Part shown: positions 27,351-40,414 of the stretch, in pieces
How the letters are laid out: each line of letters opens with the position of its first letter
Position numbering within the stretch: the stretch's first letter is position 1
Source of the DNA: Octopus sinensis
Lineage: Eukaryota
Assembly (NCBI RefSeq): GCF_006345805.1
Contig: NC_043010.1
Coordinates: 36,084,001 to 36,148,000 of the forward strand
DNA: 64,000 nucleotides
Reading direction: 5' to 3'
Program-made: the position numbers and the translations under genes
The notes under the pieces: generated by a model
The model's input: the letters and a program-made list of their open reading frames with translations, nothing else
Databases searched by the model: none
What the model was told of the DNA's origin: nothing

Positions 27351-30300
27351 CTAGGTCATGCTTTGGTCTGGTTGAGGGACCATATTGCTCCCTCTGACAT
27401 GCAGTAGTTGACTCTGAGAGGATGACAGGCAATATTGACTCCAGCAGCATTTGAACTCAGAATATAGAGTGTCGGAAGAAATGCTGCTTAGCCCAGTATG
27501 GTAACACCACCATAATAATAATAATAATAATAATGGTTTCAAATTTTGGCACAAGGTCAGCAAGTTCGGGGAGGAGATAAGTCGATTACATTGACCCCCA
27601 GTACTTCACTGGTATTTATTTTATCGACCCCCAAAAGGATGAAAGGCAAAGGTTGATCCCAGTTGCAATTGAAGTTGGAAGAAATGTCGCTAAGTATTTT
27701 CCCCAGTGTAATAATGATTCTGCCAGCGCACTACCTTAATAATAATAATAATTCTTGCAAATAAATAAAAATCATTTTTTAATTTAAATTGGCAAACGGA
27801 ATTGCCACTAATGGAAAAGTGTATATTAAAAGAAAAAAGTAGTGATTTACAGCAGTTCACATTTCTTTACAGTAGATACACAAGTTTTTTAAAAAAATGG
27901 TAATTCTTTGGTTACTTTTCGAACTTTAAGCAAAATTCAACGATTTTTTTGCAAATAAGCTATAAAGATAAATTAATAAAAACTATTTTCCTGTGCTGCG
28001 TAAAAATGGTTTTCCATCCATCCTGAAAAAGTGGAAAAAAAAAAAAAAAAAAAAAAATTCAAGACAAGTTCGTGGACCGTAAATGTCAGAAGTCACTTAG
28101 CCGCACTGCACAAAACTTTGATTTTTTTACCGCAATGGACCATCACGAGTTTCTTTGGATTATTTTTTCCTTTGCAATTTAATTATTTATAATCGTTACT
28201 AAGTATTAATATCAGACACTCAACTTTGATAACTTTGTAATAATATTTTGCTCCATCCTGCAATACCATCGTAAAGTAGGGGGATTGCTCTAAAAGCAAT
28301 AACAATGAGAACGAAATAAGCAGAGCAAGAGGACACACGAAGGCGGAAAGTGTCGCTGAGGAGGACACAGATGAGTGACGGAAGATTTCTGGACAATGGA
28401 CATGAGTTAGAATAAGAACAGTAATAAACGAGCGAAGAACGAATATATAGTGCGTGTGTTTATTTAGCAAAAAAAAAATAATAATTCCGAAATACAATAA
28501 TGGGTCTGGTTGAGGGACTATATTGCTAATAATGATTTCTTAAATAAATAACGAAGATTTCTAAGGTCATGACCACAAAGTTTAAAGGAGAAGGTAAAAG
28601 TCGATCAAATCCATCCGAGTACCTGACGTTAACGGGACTTGAACTCCCAGAATAAATATAAAATCAAAATGTTAATAAACACATAGCTATGAAGAAGTTC
28701 TGAAAGTTTTGAAGATTTAATGACAAATACGAATCACATAGGCTTCGATTCCTCATGCATATATCAGTAGTGCCGGGAATATACTGTTTAGAGAAGAAAA
28801 CATGTAAACTAAAGCTTTTTTTTTTTTCCTACCCAATAAACTTTAATACTTTCTTCGGTTTCTCCCAAGTTCTCAAGGACAGTGAGTGGCAAACGGGAGT
28901 GATCCGAGTTCAATACTGTGCAGTATTTAATTACTTCTCAAGTACTAATCATGCCAAGTTATGGGGTTAGAAAACAAATACTTAAGTACCATGCAGGCAC
29001 TAGTGTCGATTTAATCGATTACTAACCGTTCCTCTCTACAAAGCAATAAGTGTGTTATGCATTTATGCCCGCGCGTTAAGATAACGCCACGTACACTGCT
29101 AACCACTCCCTAGTTTCCGTCAAATTTCTCACACATCAATGGAAGGTTTTCATTTTTTTTTCTTTAAATACGTATAAATTTTCAACATTTAAATGCTCCC
29201 CAGTTTGCAGGTAAAGTTCCAAAAATATTTCAGAATTTGCAAACTACAAGTATTTTGACTTCTCTTAATTTGCTGATTCCAGCGATTGCCTTATCACTAT
29301 ACTGATCTATTGTCTACTTCGGAAAGATAAAAAATCCCTCCTAACCGGATTTGAACTCAAAATGAAAGAGAAGGTAACCAAAAACCACGAAATCCGACGA
29401 TTTACCATTTACTACTATTATTATGTACAGAATTTAGCAAGCCGACGAGGGAGCCTTTACATGGTCGATAAAAACAACTGAAATAGCAGCCAAATCGCTA
29501 ATAAAACACCTATAAATCTTAAAAGAGAAGAATTACAGAAATTAGTCCTTAAGAATAAAATTCTCTTTAATTATATAATCTGCTTGACCAGGGTTGAGCT
29601 AGGATTAAATAACAACAGATGCTAGGACAATATTTAATAAAAACCAGTTGCCTGCTACACATTTAAGTTCTTGTGTCAAAGGGCAACAGGAATTTTAACC
29701 TTTCGGACAGATTTCTCTGATGAAGAGACCTAACTATACTAGAATCCAACGGTTTCATGAATTAATTTAAATTTGCAAACATCAAATGACTCGTAAAGTC
29801 TACCCCCAACCCTCCTCCAAAAACGCAAAAGCATACAGTTCACATTATCTGCAAAATGATTTAATATATATGTATGTATGTAATCTAATAATATATCGAC
29901 TAAATATTGTTTTTAAAAACAATAAATTGCAATTGATAGATATTTCCCTTTTATTAATCTGTATTTTAACGATAACCTTTTTTTTTTACTTTCGACGGCA
30001 AATATTTTATGGCATTAACAAAAAACTGGTTGTTAAAAGCATTAAAAAAATAATCAGCAGCTTTCAGTATCTGCTGGTTTTAAATGTTTAAAAAATACCG
30101 GAGAAAGTTAAAATCTTGGATAGCTGAATATAGTTTCAAAATGTTAAAAATAGAAAGAAACACGTGAAATACCTATATACGGAATCCATTTCGTCTCCCA
30201 TAGAAAATGAAACTAAAACGGTGCATCGATATTGCCGCATATTAAGTCGCCAATAACTTTTCTTCCGACAGAATACATTTACTCATCCTACTATAAAGAG

Positions 30301-30556
30301 TCTAGATAAATAATTTCTCGAATTTTAAGATATTCTAAGTCATAATTTTGTATCTCTACTGGGGCGGATGCATTATTTTTATCTTTTCTTTTAATTATAA
30401 CGTAATTGTCTCCAAATATCAACAGAAAGTATGTTTTAGTTACGTCCCTTTAAGTTTTGTATACGAATCCCTCAGATTTCGACTTCACTTTTTTTTTTGT
30501 ACTTCTTGGGTCTATAAAATAACTATCAACATTTGCGACCATCTAGAAATCCTCAG

Positions 30557-31355
30557 GGATCTTTTCCTTTTGAACGACACTTTGTAACATAATTTCTAGG
30601 TAACTAAAACGTTTTAAACTTCGTATACTGGTAGAATGTGTTAATAAAACATCATTTTCTCTTGGCTTTATTGAGAAAATTCTATTGTTTGTAAGATATT
30701 TCGTCTGAAATTACTTGCATTTCGGCAATTTTAACCAATCATTGGAGTCCATTTAGGTAAATAACATTCTGTGCATAATGAATATGTCCCTCCTTTAAAA
30801 AACAGATTGGGTTTATTTACATTTGTGAAGAAAAAAAGATACCCTTCCCCAACCCCTAACCCTAAATCTAAAATAGATTGAAATGCAATAGATCGATACT
30901 AGGGCCATAATTATGGGTGACATTTTCATTTGACACCGCTAGAAAAAAATCCCATTTTCCGTAGCGGTGTCGTATGAAATTGTCACTCATAATTATAACC
31001 CTAGTATCGATCTATTGCATTTCAATCTATTTTAGATTTAGGGTTAGTTAGGGTTAGGGGTGGGGGAAGGGTATATTTTTTCTTCACAAATGTAAATAAA
31101 CCCAATCTGTTTCTTAAAGGAGGGACATATTCATTATGCACAGAATGTTATTTACCTAAATGGACTCCAGTGATTGGTTAAAATTGCCGAAATGCAAGTA
31201 ATTTCAGACGAAATATCTTACAAACAATAGAATTTTCTCAATAGAGCCAAGAGAAAATGATGTTTTATAAACACATTCTACCAGTATACGAAGTTTAAAA
31301 CTTTTTAGTTACCTAGAAATTATGTTACAAAGTGCCGTTTAAAAGGAAAAGATTC
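30557..31355. mobile_element. ~800-bp fully palindromic foldback element (GGATC termini, possibly Merlin-like)
   Basis: Arms 30557-30941 and 30962-31355 are near-perfect inverted copies; 8-bp direct repeat ATCCTCAG on both flanks; CCCTAA-like units inside. Confidence 0.85.
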
Positions 31356-32045
31356 ATCCTCAGAAATGAAATAAATACCGATTGACCTGCAATATTTGTT
31401 TCGGCTTTTTATATTCTGGGTTCAAAACCCGCCGAGGTGAAGAATACCTTTCATACCCCCGCAATGCCCTCATACACACAGTAAATTTCAGGCCTAGTGT
31501 CTAAGTTACAAACAATCATTCAGTATTACTAGTATACCCGCGTCGTTAAAAATGACAACTTTATTAGTTATAGAGAATGGTATACCCGTTCAAAACGACT
31601 GGTGAATTTCTTATCGAAAATCTTCACACTTTATTTAATACTACAATAATACACTTCAATTTTATCTAAAACGCTATGAATGTGATAAATTGCAATTGAT
31701 AAATGCCACCGCCGAAAACGATGGGCTTCAATGGTAGATAAGTGCAAAAGAGATTTGTGCCGTCAGAAATGACAATTTTTCTTTTACATTTAACATATTT
31801 TTCGATTCACTACACGGCTTAGTGATACACATTTTTAATTTTAAAATAATGTATTTACAAAACATTAAAAAATTAATAATAATTACTGTAATTCCAGTTC
31901 TTTAATCATAAAAGATTCATAGTAAAACGACAAGTTCTATGTGGGGTTCCTAGTTTTCCATTGTTATTTAACAATAAATTATAATTATTCTTATTTCACG
32001 TCTTGCTTAAAACCGCATAAGGTCAATCCCTTGCTCAAATTAAAT

Positions 32046-32171
32046 TACATAAAACAAATGTGCGACGATTCCGGGGGCACTCGAAAAGACCTGCTACGTG
32101 CAATGGCGGAACGGACAGATTGGAGAGAAGGAGTCGCGTCAATCTGCGCAATAAGCACGACCAGATGATGA
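32046..32171 (+). mobile_element. 3' terminal fragment of an RTE-clade LINE
   Basis: YIKQMCDDSGGTRKDLLRAMAERTDWREGVASICAISTTR* resembles RTE ORF2 C-termini (AMxDRxxWR); short TGA tail. Confidence 0.55.
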
Positions 32172-32752
32172 CTAACTCAAATCCATTTTTAGTTATATTC
32201 TTTCAATCTCGTTAACTCTTGCCCCGTTTACCAGTCACGGTAGTGTGATAAACACCCCATCATTGCACTCATTTTCATTTTACCACTCTTACTATCACTC
32301 ACTCACTCTGTTGTTTGAAAGCTATCTACTCTCTCATTATAGTGACAGTAAATAACTATGCAATGCTAAATAATATATTTTGATTATTGTTACTATTTAC
32401 CGTTCATCATTCCAGGGTTAATACGATAAATACCAGTCAAGTACTAAAGTCATTAAATTTGTCTTTTCCACAGATAAGAAAAGAACAACAACAATTATTC
32501 GGTGGCAGAACCGTTAACTTATCGGACAAAATACTTAGCGACATCTCTTTCAGCTCTTCACGTTCTGATGTTAACTTTGCCTTCCATCCTTATGAGGTCG
32601 ATAAAACAAAGTACAAGGGTCGATGTAATCGACTTGCCCCACTCCTAACAATTGCTGGCCTTGTGCCAAAATTAGAAAGTATAAAAGAAATCATTATTAT
32701 TATCATTATTATTATTATTAAGACGGCGTGCTAGCAGAGTCGTTAGCACGCT

Positions 32753-33180
32753 GGGATCTTTACCTTTTGACCGACAGATTAAAAAAATAACTTTTTGTAA
32801 CTAAACACTTCCAAACTTCGGACACTGGTAGAATGTGTCATATAAAACATCTTTTACTCTTAGCATTTTTGAGAAGTTATTTACGAAGTTATTTCACGTT
32901 AAAGTTGTAGTATTTCGGTAATTTCAACCAATCAATGACGAGTATTCAGTTGAATAAAATTACTGCTGGCGGTGTATATTTCATTTGTCACTGTTATTTA
33001 TAACAACCCTAACCCCAAAACACTAACCCTAACATCCTAACCTTAAAACCTTAAAGCTAAAACCAGTACAAAAGCATGAACGATGTTTTATATGACACAT
33101 TCTATCAGTGTCCGAAGTTTGAAAGTGTTTAGTTACAAAAAATTATTTTAAAAATCTGTCGGTCAAAAGGTAAAGATCCC
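32753..33180. mobile_element. GGGATC-terminated MITE with ~100-bp TIRs
   Basis: GGGATCTTTACCTTTTGACCGACAGA / TCTGTCGGTCAAAAGGTAAAGATCCC; related internally to 30557-31355; contains aaccctaa repeats. Confidence 0.85.
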
Positions 33181-33198
33181 GGAATTTTAACTCATATA

Positions 33199-33600
33199 GG
33201 CGCAGGAGTGGCTGTGTGGTAAGTGTTTACAAACCACATGGTTCCAGCTTCAGTCCCACTGCATGGCACCTTGGGCAAGTGTCTTCTACTATAGCCTCGG
33301 GCCGACCAAAGACTTGTGAGTGGATTTGGTAGACGAAAACTGAAAGAAGCCCATCGTATATATGTATGTATATATATATATATGTATGTGTGTGTTTGTG
33401 TGTCTGTGTTTGTCCCCCTAGCATTGCTTGACAACCGATGCTGGTGTGTTTATGTCCCCGTAACTTAGCGGTTCGGCAAAAGAGACCGATAGAATAAGTA
33501 CTGGGCTTACAAAGAATAAGTCGAGTTGCTCGATTAAAAAAGGCGGTGCTCCAGCATGGCCACAGTCAGATGACTGAAACAAGTAAAAGAGTAAAGAGAG
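33199..33600 (+). mobile_element. SINE-A
   Basis: Colinear with 52621-53020. Confidence 0.88.
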
Positions 33601-34616
33601 TATATATGCCCACAAAAAATTCCACTGTATTTAGATTAAACGTTATGGCAAGCTTTCACAATTTGGAAGAGAAGGACAGTATGCAACTGTTAGCTACGGG
33701 TATCGACTACCTACTAAGCATTTCGTATGCTCACTCAGATGCTTCCCGGCAAGTACATATCCAAAGAAATAGGAGCAGGTTTTGCGTTGCGAAAACGCAA
33801 CCAGGGGTATATATAGGTTTATCAACTTCGCTGAATACTTTCATTAGATTTTTTTTATATCACTTATTGAAAAGCAGGAAGGAATCATTGTTTTTAGATC
33901 AAGAAAATTTTACTAATCTTACTTTTTCATTTTATTTTAGAAACTTACACAATGGGGGATCAATAAGCTATTTCAATGGTTTCATGAAGGGGGCTAATGA
34001 TATAAGAAATTAGCCGACCTCAGCAAACTTCGCTCAGTGTCCTAGAAAAAGCAACCAAATTTCTCCCAAACTGCGCTCTACTGTCTTAAAGACGTAAAGA
34101 ACTCATTAATGAATGTGAGTTATATTTGTTAGGCAAGTGGCTTGATCTTAGACCGTATGTTGAACCTGAAACAGCTACATCATAGAAGAGAGCTTTTATG
34201 TCGTTTAAGAACACATTGTATTTGTTATACTAAGTTTTTTTTTACTTATTTGTAACTAAATCTGTCCATAAAACACTAAGTTTCGTTGCATTTCTTACAA
34301 ACTGAACATCGACACAAATTCATTGTCAAGTTTCATCGCACTTCTAAGTGCGATGAAACTTTTAGGCACTTCATAGTAGATGGTACTGAAGCAACCCTGG
34401 AGTAAGAGAGGCGACGAAAGGACTTTGATAAACCTCGCTAATTGATTAACTGACTGAACGATTAATCAAACAATTAATTAGTTAATTGGTAAGCTAATTG
34501 ACTAATAACAACAAAGGAAGCGAAATAGAACCAGTGCGCGTGTTTTTTTATGGCCGTAATGATCCTCCCGAGATATAACAAAATCTATTTCAACGTACGA
34601 GTTCACATATAGAATC

Positions 34617-34692
<76 letters not shown>

Positions 34693-37600
34693 AAGATATT
34701 AGCGGATGCTGCAATTATCTTATCGATTAACTGGTAAACTTAATTTCACCGAAACTAATAATGTTTAATATCCGATATGTTTTTAGACCAACACTGAATC
34801 AAATAAATAACTAAATAAATAAATAAATAGATTTTCGTGTCAGCTATATAAATCGGAAAATGTCAAGCAATACACAACATGGCGCTCCCTTATAATAGGT
34901 TAAGATAAGTCGCTAGCGCCAAACTATTTCCTGTTTAACGGTTGAAAAAATTTCAACACAGTATCATTTAACGGAATATGTTAGCTATGATTGTTGCTGA
35001 ATGCCACAACAATGACAAATGCCTAAGAACTCCTTCCAAACAAGCCTTTATGTAGTCGCTTGCTATCCTAAAAATAGCAGCAAAATCTCCCTCAAATCAA
35101 ACACTGTCTTTGTAAAAGACGTTAGATAATATTGCTGAGTCTCCAGTACATAAGGAAAAGACGTGATGATCATGGCCGGAATGCCTTTGATAATAGATCT
35201 ACTTGATCAGAGCTGACCTGTCGAACGCTCCTCAACGCGGTGGCTTGTCTTCTAGAAATAGCAGCGAAATATTCCTTAAATCACACCCCACTGTCTGAGA
35301 TAAGGAAAAGAGCATATTGGACAATATAGTCTTAAGTACACCTAAAAATAAGGGATGATCACGACTGGAAAGCTTTTGATCGTAGGTTTGCTTCATCAAA
35401 TTTTACTTGCTTCTAAACACGTGGGTATGTGTGTGTGTGTGTTCTTTTGCGGGAGATTTAGCTGGTATTCCTAGCAAGAAGTGGTCCACGAAAAGGCACC
35501 GTGAAAGCAGCAGAAATAAATGCGCCGGAATACGTTTATGAAACTTCTACTTTCAACCTACAACTTCTTGAATTCAAAGGTTACTCGAGTCGCCTTTGTG
35601 CCCTTCATACTTCCAGTATTGATAACGTACGTGGTACAAGTTATACACGGTGAAAGAGAGTCGATTCAAAAGACTGCAAACAGATCTTTCTCACGCATTC
35701 ACGGTCTTGTGTTTAACGTCAGAACTCAATATTGCAATATCCGAATAATTTGTAGTTTAGAATCTTTGATTAAACGTTCGTGCTTCAATCATGGAACATA
35801 TTGGAATCACTGAAAGACATCACTATACTTCCACACACTCCTACATCTCCACATCCGCTACTCTACTATTCTGCAATATACAGCACGCCTCGCTGCACTG
35901 CATCCCTACATCGTGCCGTAGTACACAAATCTACCAACGACGAACGAATGTAAGGGTCTGTATGCAGTCGTCCTACCTTCTAGAAATAGCAGTCACATCT
36001 CGACACAAATCATATCATATCGTCTTTAACAAAACGTAAAAGAAGGAATGTATTGGATAATACAATTGGAAAGTCTTAGATTAACAAACTGGAAATATTT
36101 TGATTACAGTTTTCCTCAATAAGGTTTGACCTGGTGCTAAACAGCACAGCATCTGTGTAATTGTTCGATCTGCTTGAGAAAGCAGCCAAATTACCCTCAG
36201 ATATTACAGTACTTAGCTATATAATGCAATTCAGCTGGGTGTTGGTAGAGCACAATGATGGTACATGATAGCAATATAATCGCACTATGCACAAACCAAG
36301 CATGGTTTACCCTGCAATGCTACGTGAGCCAGCTAAAATTAACGTGGTCTTTTCAGGATATTAGAAGCCAAGTTTTGAAATTCATTTAAAGAGGTGTGTC
36401 TTTGGTGACAATAATAAAATATACAAATTTTGTTGTTCATAGATACTACAGAGTATTGTAATATATGCAGTTTCTTTCAATGTCAGGGCTGGTAATTCGA
36501 ACATAAGGTGTGTAGGAGGGAGCAGGCGTCGAGTTGGCAGAATCGTTAGCATGCCGGGCAAAATGCTTGGCATTTCGTCTCTCTTTACGTTCTGAGTTCA
36601 AATGCCGCCGAGGTCGACTTTACTTTTTATCCTTTCGGGGTCGATAATATAAGTACCCGGTGAGCACTAGGGGTCGATATATAATCGACTTGCGCCTCTA
36701 AACCGAAATTGATGGCCTTGTGCCAAAATTTGAAACCAATATTTAGCAGAAGCAACAGAGTGACTCAAGGGCCAAGAGTTTCGTGCGTTAGTACTTATCA
36801 AACTAGCGACATATTGAAGAGTTGTGAATTTTGTGTTAGTAAACGATATAATCTTTAATACGAATCAATGTTTCCCCACAGTATTCTTGTTTGTCTTTGA
36901 ATGACTTAAGCGACAGCTGTTTGTCACACGAAGAAACGAAGTCGCGGTCAGTTTAATAGAAAGACTATTTTAATTAGACTATTAAAATATTTTTCATCTC
37001 AAATTCTTAGAAGCTGAACTCACTCAGTCTTTCTCATGACGCAAAACCCATTGATTATTTACTATCGTTTTTCCCCAACTCACGTGTTCAATAAAATAAT
37101 GGCGGTGACGAATTGTCTCGCAAAATGTACACAAATGAGAAAGGAGGGCCAATGATAGACAGTGAACTGCGGTCATGCTGCCCTATCTCTCCTTGAAGGG
37201 TTTTAGTCGAACAAATCGACTCTGGTGCTTTTATTTTTTTATTCTGGTACTTGTTTTATCGATCCTTTTTCCAAACCGGGTGAGTAAACAAAGCAACACC
37301 GTTGTCAGTCGGTGTGTATGTGTGTGTGGGGGTGAACAAACACACACACACACACACGACGGCTTCTTTCAGTTTCCGTCTACCAAATTCACTCATAAGG
37401 CATTGATCAGCCTGGGTTATTGTAGCAGACACTTGCCGAATGTACACCGCAGTGGAACTGATCCTGAAACCAGGTTGTTGCAAAGTGCCACACAGCTATG
37501 CTTACGCCTAAATCACCCAGCCATGCCCTAATGAAAAAACATTTTGAACTATTTTTACCATAAATATAATAATGGTCATTTAATAAGCCTTTACCATAAA

Positions 37601-38196
37601 TATAATAATGGTCATTTAATAAGCCATATAATATACTATATGGTCTAGTAATTCATTTTATATGGTGATACGTAAAGAGAATTTAAGGAAATTTATTTCA
37701 AATTTTCTCCTGTACGTCACTGTAATGCGGAAGGTTTTTGAGATTTTTTTTACTTATCGCAACATAATCCGTAATGGATCTAGTTAAAATAAATCTAATA
37801 TGGTTAACTATAAATCTAATACGGTTCCGTAGTATACGAACTACTACTTTAATATGTCAATAAATAAATAAATAAATAAACAAACAAATAAAAAGTTATT
37901 CTCTGAAACCAGTTTTTAATTGTATTAGTTAACTGATACAAAAAGGAAATATATTCCAATTCGAGATATACTTTGTGTAGCAGAAAAACCTTCAAAGGGT
38001 GCAGAGATGTGATTGTGGTAAAAAGGTTTACTTGTTAACCATATGACTCTAGGTTCAGTCCCACTGCGTGGCCCTGTGAGCAAGTGCCTTCTACTATGAC
38101 CTCGTGCCGACTAAAGCTTTGTGAGTAGATTTGGTAGACAGAAACTTAAAGAAGCCTGTCGTGTATATATATGTATGTATGTATGTATATGTGTGC

Positions 38197-38238
<42 letters not shown>

Positions 38239-38623
38239 CCACAGTTCGACGTCTCAGCAACATAACGGTTCGACAAAAGAAACCGACAGAATAAGTAACA
38301 TCTTTAAAAAGGATAAACAATAAGATCGATTATACCCCAGCATGGCCGCGCTCTAATGACTGAAATAAAGTAAAAGATAACCGATACTTTACACGGTGTG
38401 GCGCTAGTGAAGTTAGCCAGGTAGTAGTGGCGTCTCCACAAAGCTGGTGTTTTACCATTTTTCGTTGTCCAGTTACCATCATGGTTTGGCCCAGTGCATA
38501 TTATACGTTTGATTTTGAAATGCTTATGAAGAATTGTGAATTTGGGAATTTTTTGCCGCAGCGCAGTAATGAAAAGGTTAGGGTTTTCACATGAAAAAGG
38601 CGTGGTTTTATAACGATCTAGAA

Positions 38624-38920
38624 CAGGGGTCGGGGAACTTTTTAACCAATTACCCCAAATTATATTTATTTACGCCGACGTTGCCCTCTTGATTTGAAAG
38701 GAAGAAAATAATAGATTCTTTGAATTCAAAAGGTTTATTGAATCTATTTAGACGTCCATTACATTGGACAGATGTAGTGTTGCCAGAAGAAAATTTTCTG
38801 CTGTAACAAGGAACACGTTTTTTTTATATAAATTTCCTTATGTCTAATGAGTAGTCCTTACCACCAAGAATTTCATTTTTACCTCAGTTGGGGTAATCTA
38901 CCCCGGTTCGCCGACCCCTG
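38624..38920. mobile_element. hAT (Charlie-like) MITE
   Basis: TIR CAGGGGTCGGGGAAC / GTTCGCCGACCCCTG; 8-bp TSD atctagaa/atctaaaa resembling the nTCTAGAn target. Confidence 0.87.
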
Positions 38921-39281
38921 ATCTAAAATACATCAAATTTGAAGCTGAACTGATGGTGGATTGGGAGGCTAGGACTAACAGATAAAAACGGTTTCTTTTT
39001 TGTTTTTCGAGAAAGGTCCCACCAAAACTGAGATGCGTCTCGTAAGTCCGTGCATCTTATAAACTGCCAAATGTGGTAATAGAATGCATATTATGACAGG
39101 TTAAGTGTTGTTACTTAATATTCCTTCTCACTAGTGTTATATGAAGCATGTATTATTGATACGCGTTTGTTGCATTAGAAAAATATCTCTATTTAGTAAC
39201 AGCCGATATAAATGTTGATTGGTCAGTTTATTTCTCCAGTCAATCTTTACATTATTCATACATACGTATATACATACATAA

Positions 39282-39608
39282 GGCGGCGAGCTGGCAGAAA
39301 CGTTAGCACACCGGGCGAGATGCTTAACGGTATATCGTCTGCCGTTACGTTCTGAGCTCAAATTCCACCGAGGTCGACTTTGCCTTTCATCCTTTCGGGG
39401 TCGATAAATTAAGTACCAGCTACGCACTGGGGTCGATATAATCGACTTAATCCGTTTGTCTGTCCTTGTTTGTCCTCTCTGTGTTTAGCCTCTTGTGAGT
39501 AGTAAAGAAATATGTATTTCGTCTGCCGCTACGTTTTGAGTTCAAATTTCGCCGAGGTCAACTTTGCCTTTCATCCTTTTGGGGTCGGTGTAATCGACTT
39601 AATACCTT
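39282..39608 (+). mobile_element. SINE-B dimer, left part (continues at 44907-44968 after the LTR element)
   Basis: GGCGGCGAGCTGGCAG head, body and tail, then a second body from 39514 interrupted by the retrotransposon. Confidence 0.87.
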
Positions 39609-40026
39609 TGTAGTGATGCTACAGTGTAGGGTTCGGCGCGCATGCGCAGAATGGGACTACTTCCGGGTGGCCACCGGAAGTCTTCCCCATGCGCATGTGC
39701 GGGAAAACATCTCTCGAGCCCGCGAACCTCAAATCTCTCTCTTCGGCTCAAGACAGCACTGCGATCGGTCACGGTTTTCCTGGCTCTGACAGCCACACAC
39801 CAGCTTCAACCAACTTCAACCAACCTCAACGACCAACACCAGCAGTATATCAGAGGCTGTCTATTCCCCCATCAGACAACGTACAACCATGAATCAATAA
39901 ACCAAGTTGTCTGTTCACCTTTAACCTGAGTTTCGTCTGTTTGTTTTCTGCAAGAATTTTTGTATGTGACTAGAAAGGATCTCGACACCCTGCCAGTGCT
40001 TCGATGATAGATCCTTTCACGTTACA
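39609..40026 (+). repeat. 5' LTR (418 bp)
   Basis: Starts TGTAGTG, ends GTTACA; AATAAA at 39896-39901; no difference from the 3' LTR found on reading (offset 4880). Confidence 0.97.
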
Positions 40027-40028
40027 AT

Positions 40029-40038
40029 TGGTGACCCC
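40029..40038 (+). promoter_or_regulatory. Primer-binding site complementary to tRNA-Trp 3' end
   Basis: TGGTGACCCC 2 nt after the 5' LTR; complementary to the ...GGGGUCACCA end of eukaryotic tRNA-Trp (10-nt match). Confidence 0.8.
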
Positions 40039-40414
40039 TAGTTGAGAAAAAGAACAGGATAGAAGAAGACACAGCGAACAGGTTTTTTTTTTGGGGGCCG
40101 AAGAGCGCGGAAATTCACATTTATTTTCCTATTTTCTCCTTTTCAGCACGGCGAGGTGGGTAAAATAGCCTTATTCATCGCACACAGTACAAAAAAAAAA
40201 AAAAAAAAAACAAAGAAAAAGAAAACACACACACATTCATTTTTTTCCTTTCTGTATTTTGTTTTCCTTGTACACACCTATTCCTTTTTTTTTGCTACCC
40301 ACGAGGTGCACACACAAACACAATTTTGAATTGCCTTCTCGGTTCCACGTGTTCTCTCTCCACTTCTAGACCATACCTTCTGCCCCCTTCTCACAGATTC
40401 CTTCCGACAAAGGC

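Noticed and set aside
28183-28497. 104-aa minus-strand ORF at the CpG boundary
   Set aside because: Non-ATG start, no recognisable domain, and hydrophobic composition explained by T-rich sequence.
29715-29760. CTGATGAAGAG as another hammerhead start
   Set aside because: No downstream stem II or GAAA box.
30845-30870. CCCTAA/TTAGGG units as interstitial telomere (also 31035-31060, 33005-33045, 50225-50245)
   Set aside because: Only 2-4 imperfect units, always at the same position inside the GGATC foldback family.
31525-31610. ACTAGTATACCCGCGTCG as a minus-strand Helitron 3' end
   Set aside because: The hairpin is weak and no matching 5' end was located.
39599-39929. Short ORFs within the LTRs and antisense ORFs within gag-pol (e.g. 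40568-41080, 43411-43857)
   Set aside because: No recognisable motifs; expected by chance in GC-richer sequence opposite a coding frame.
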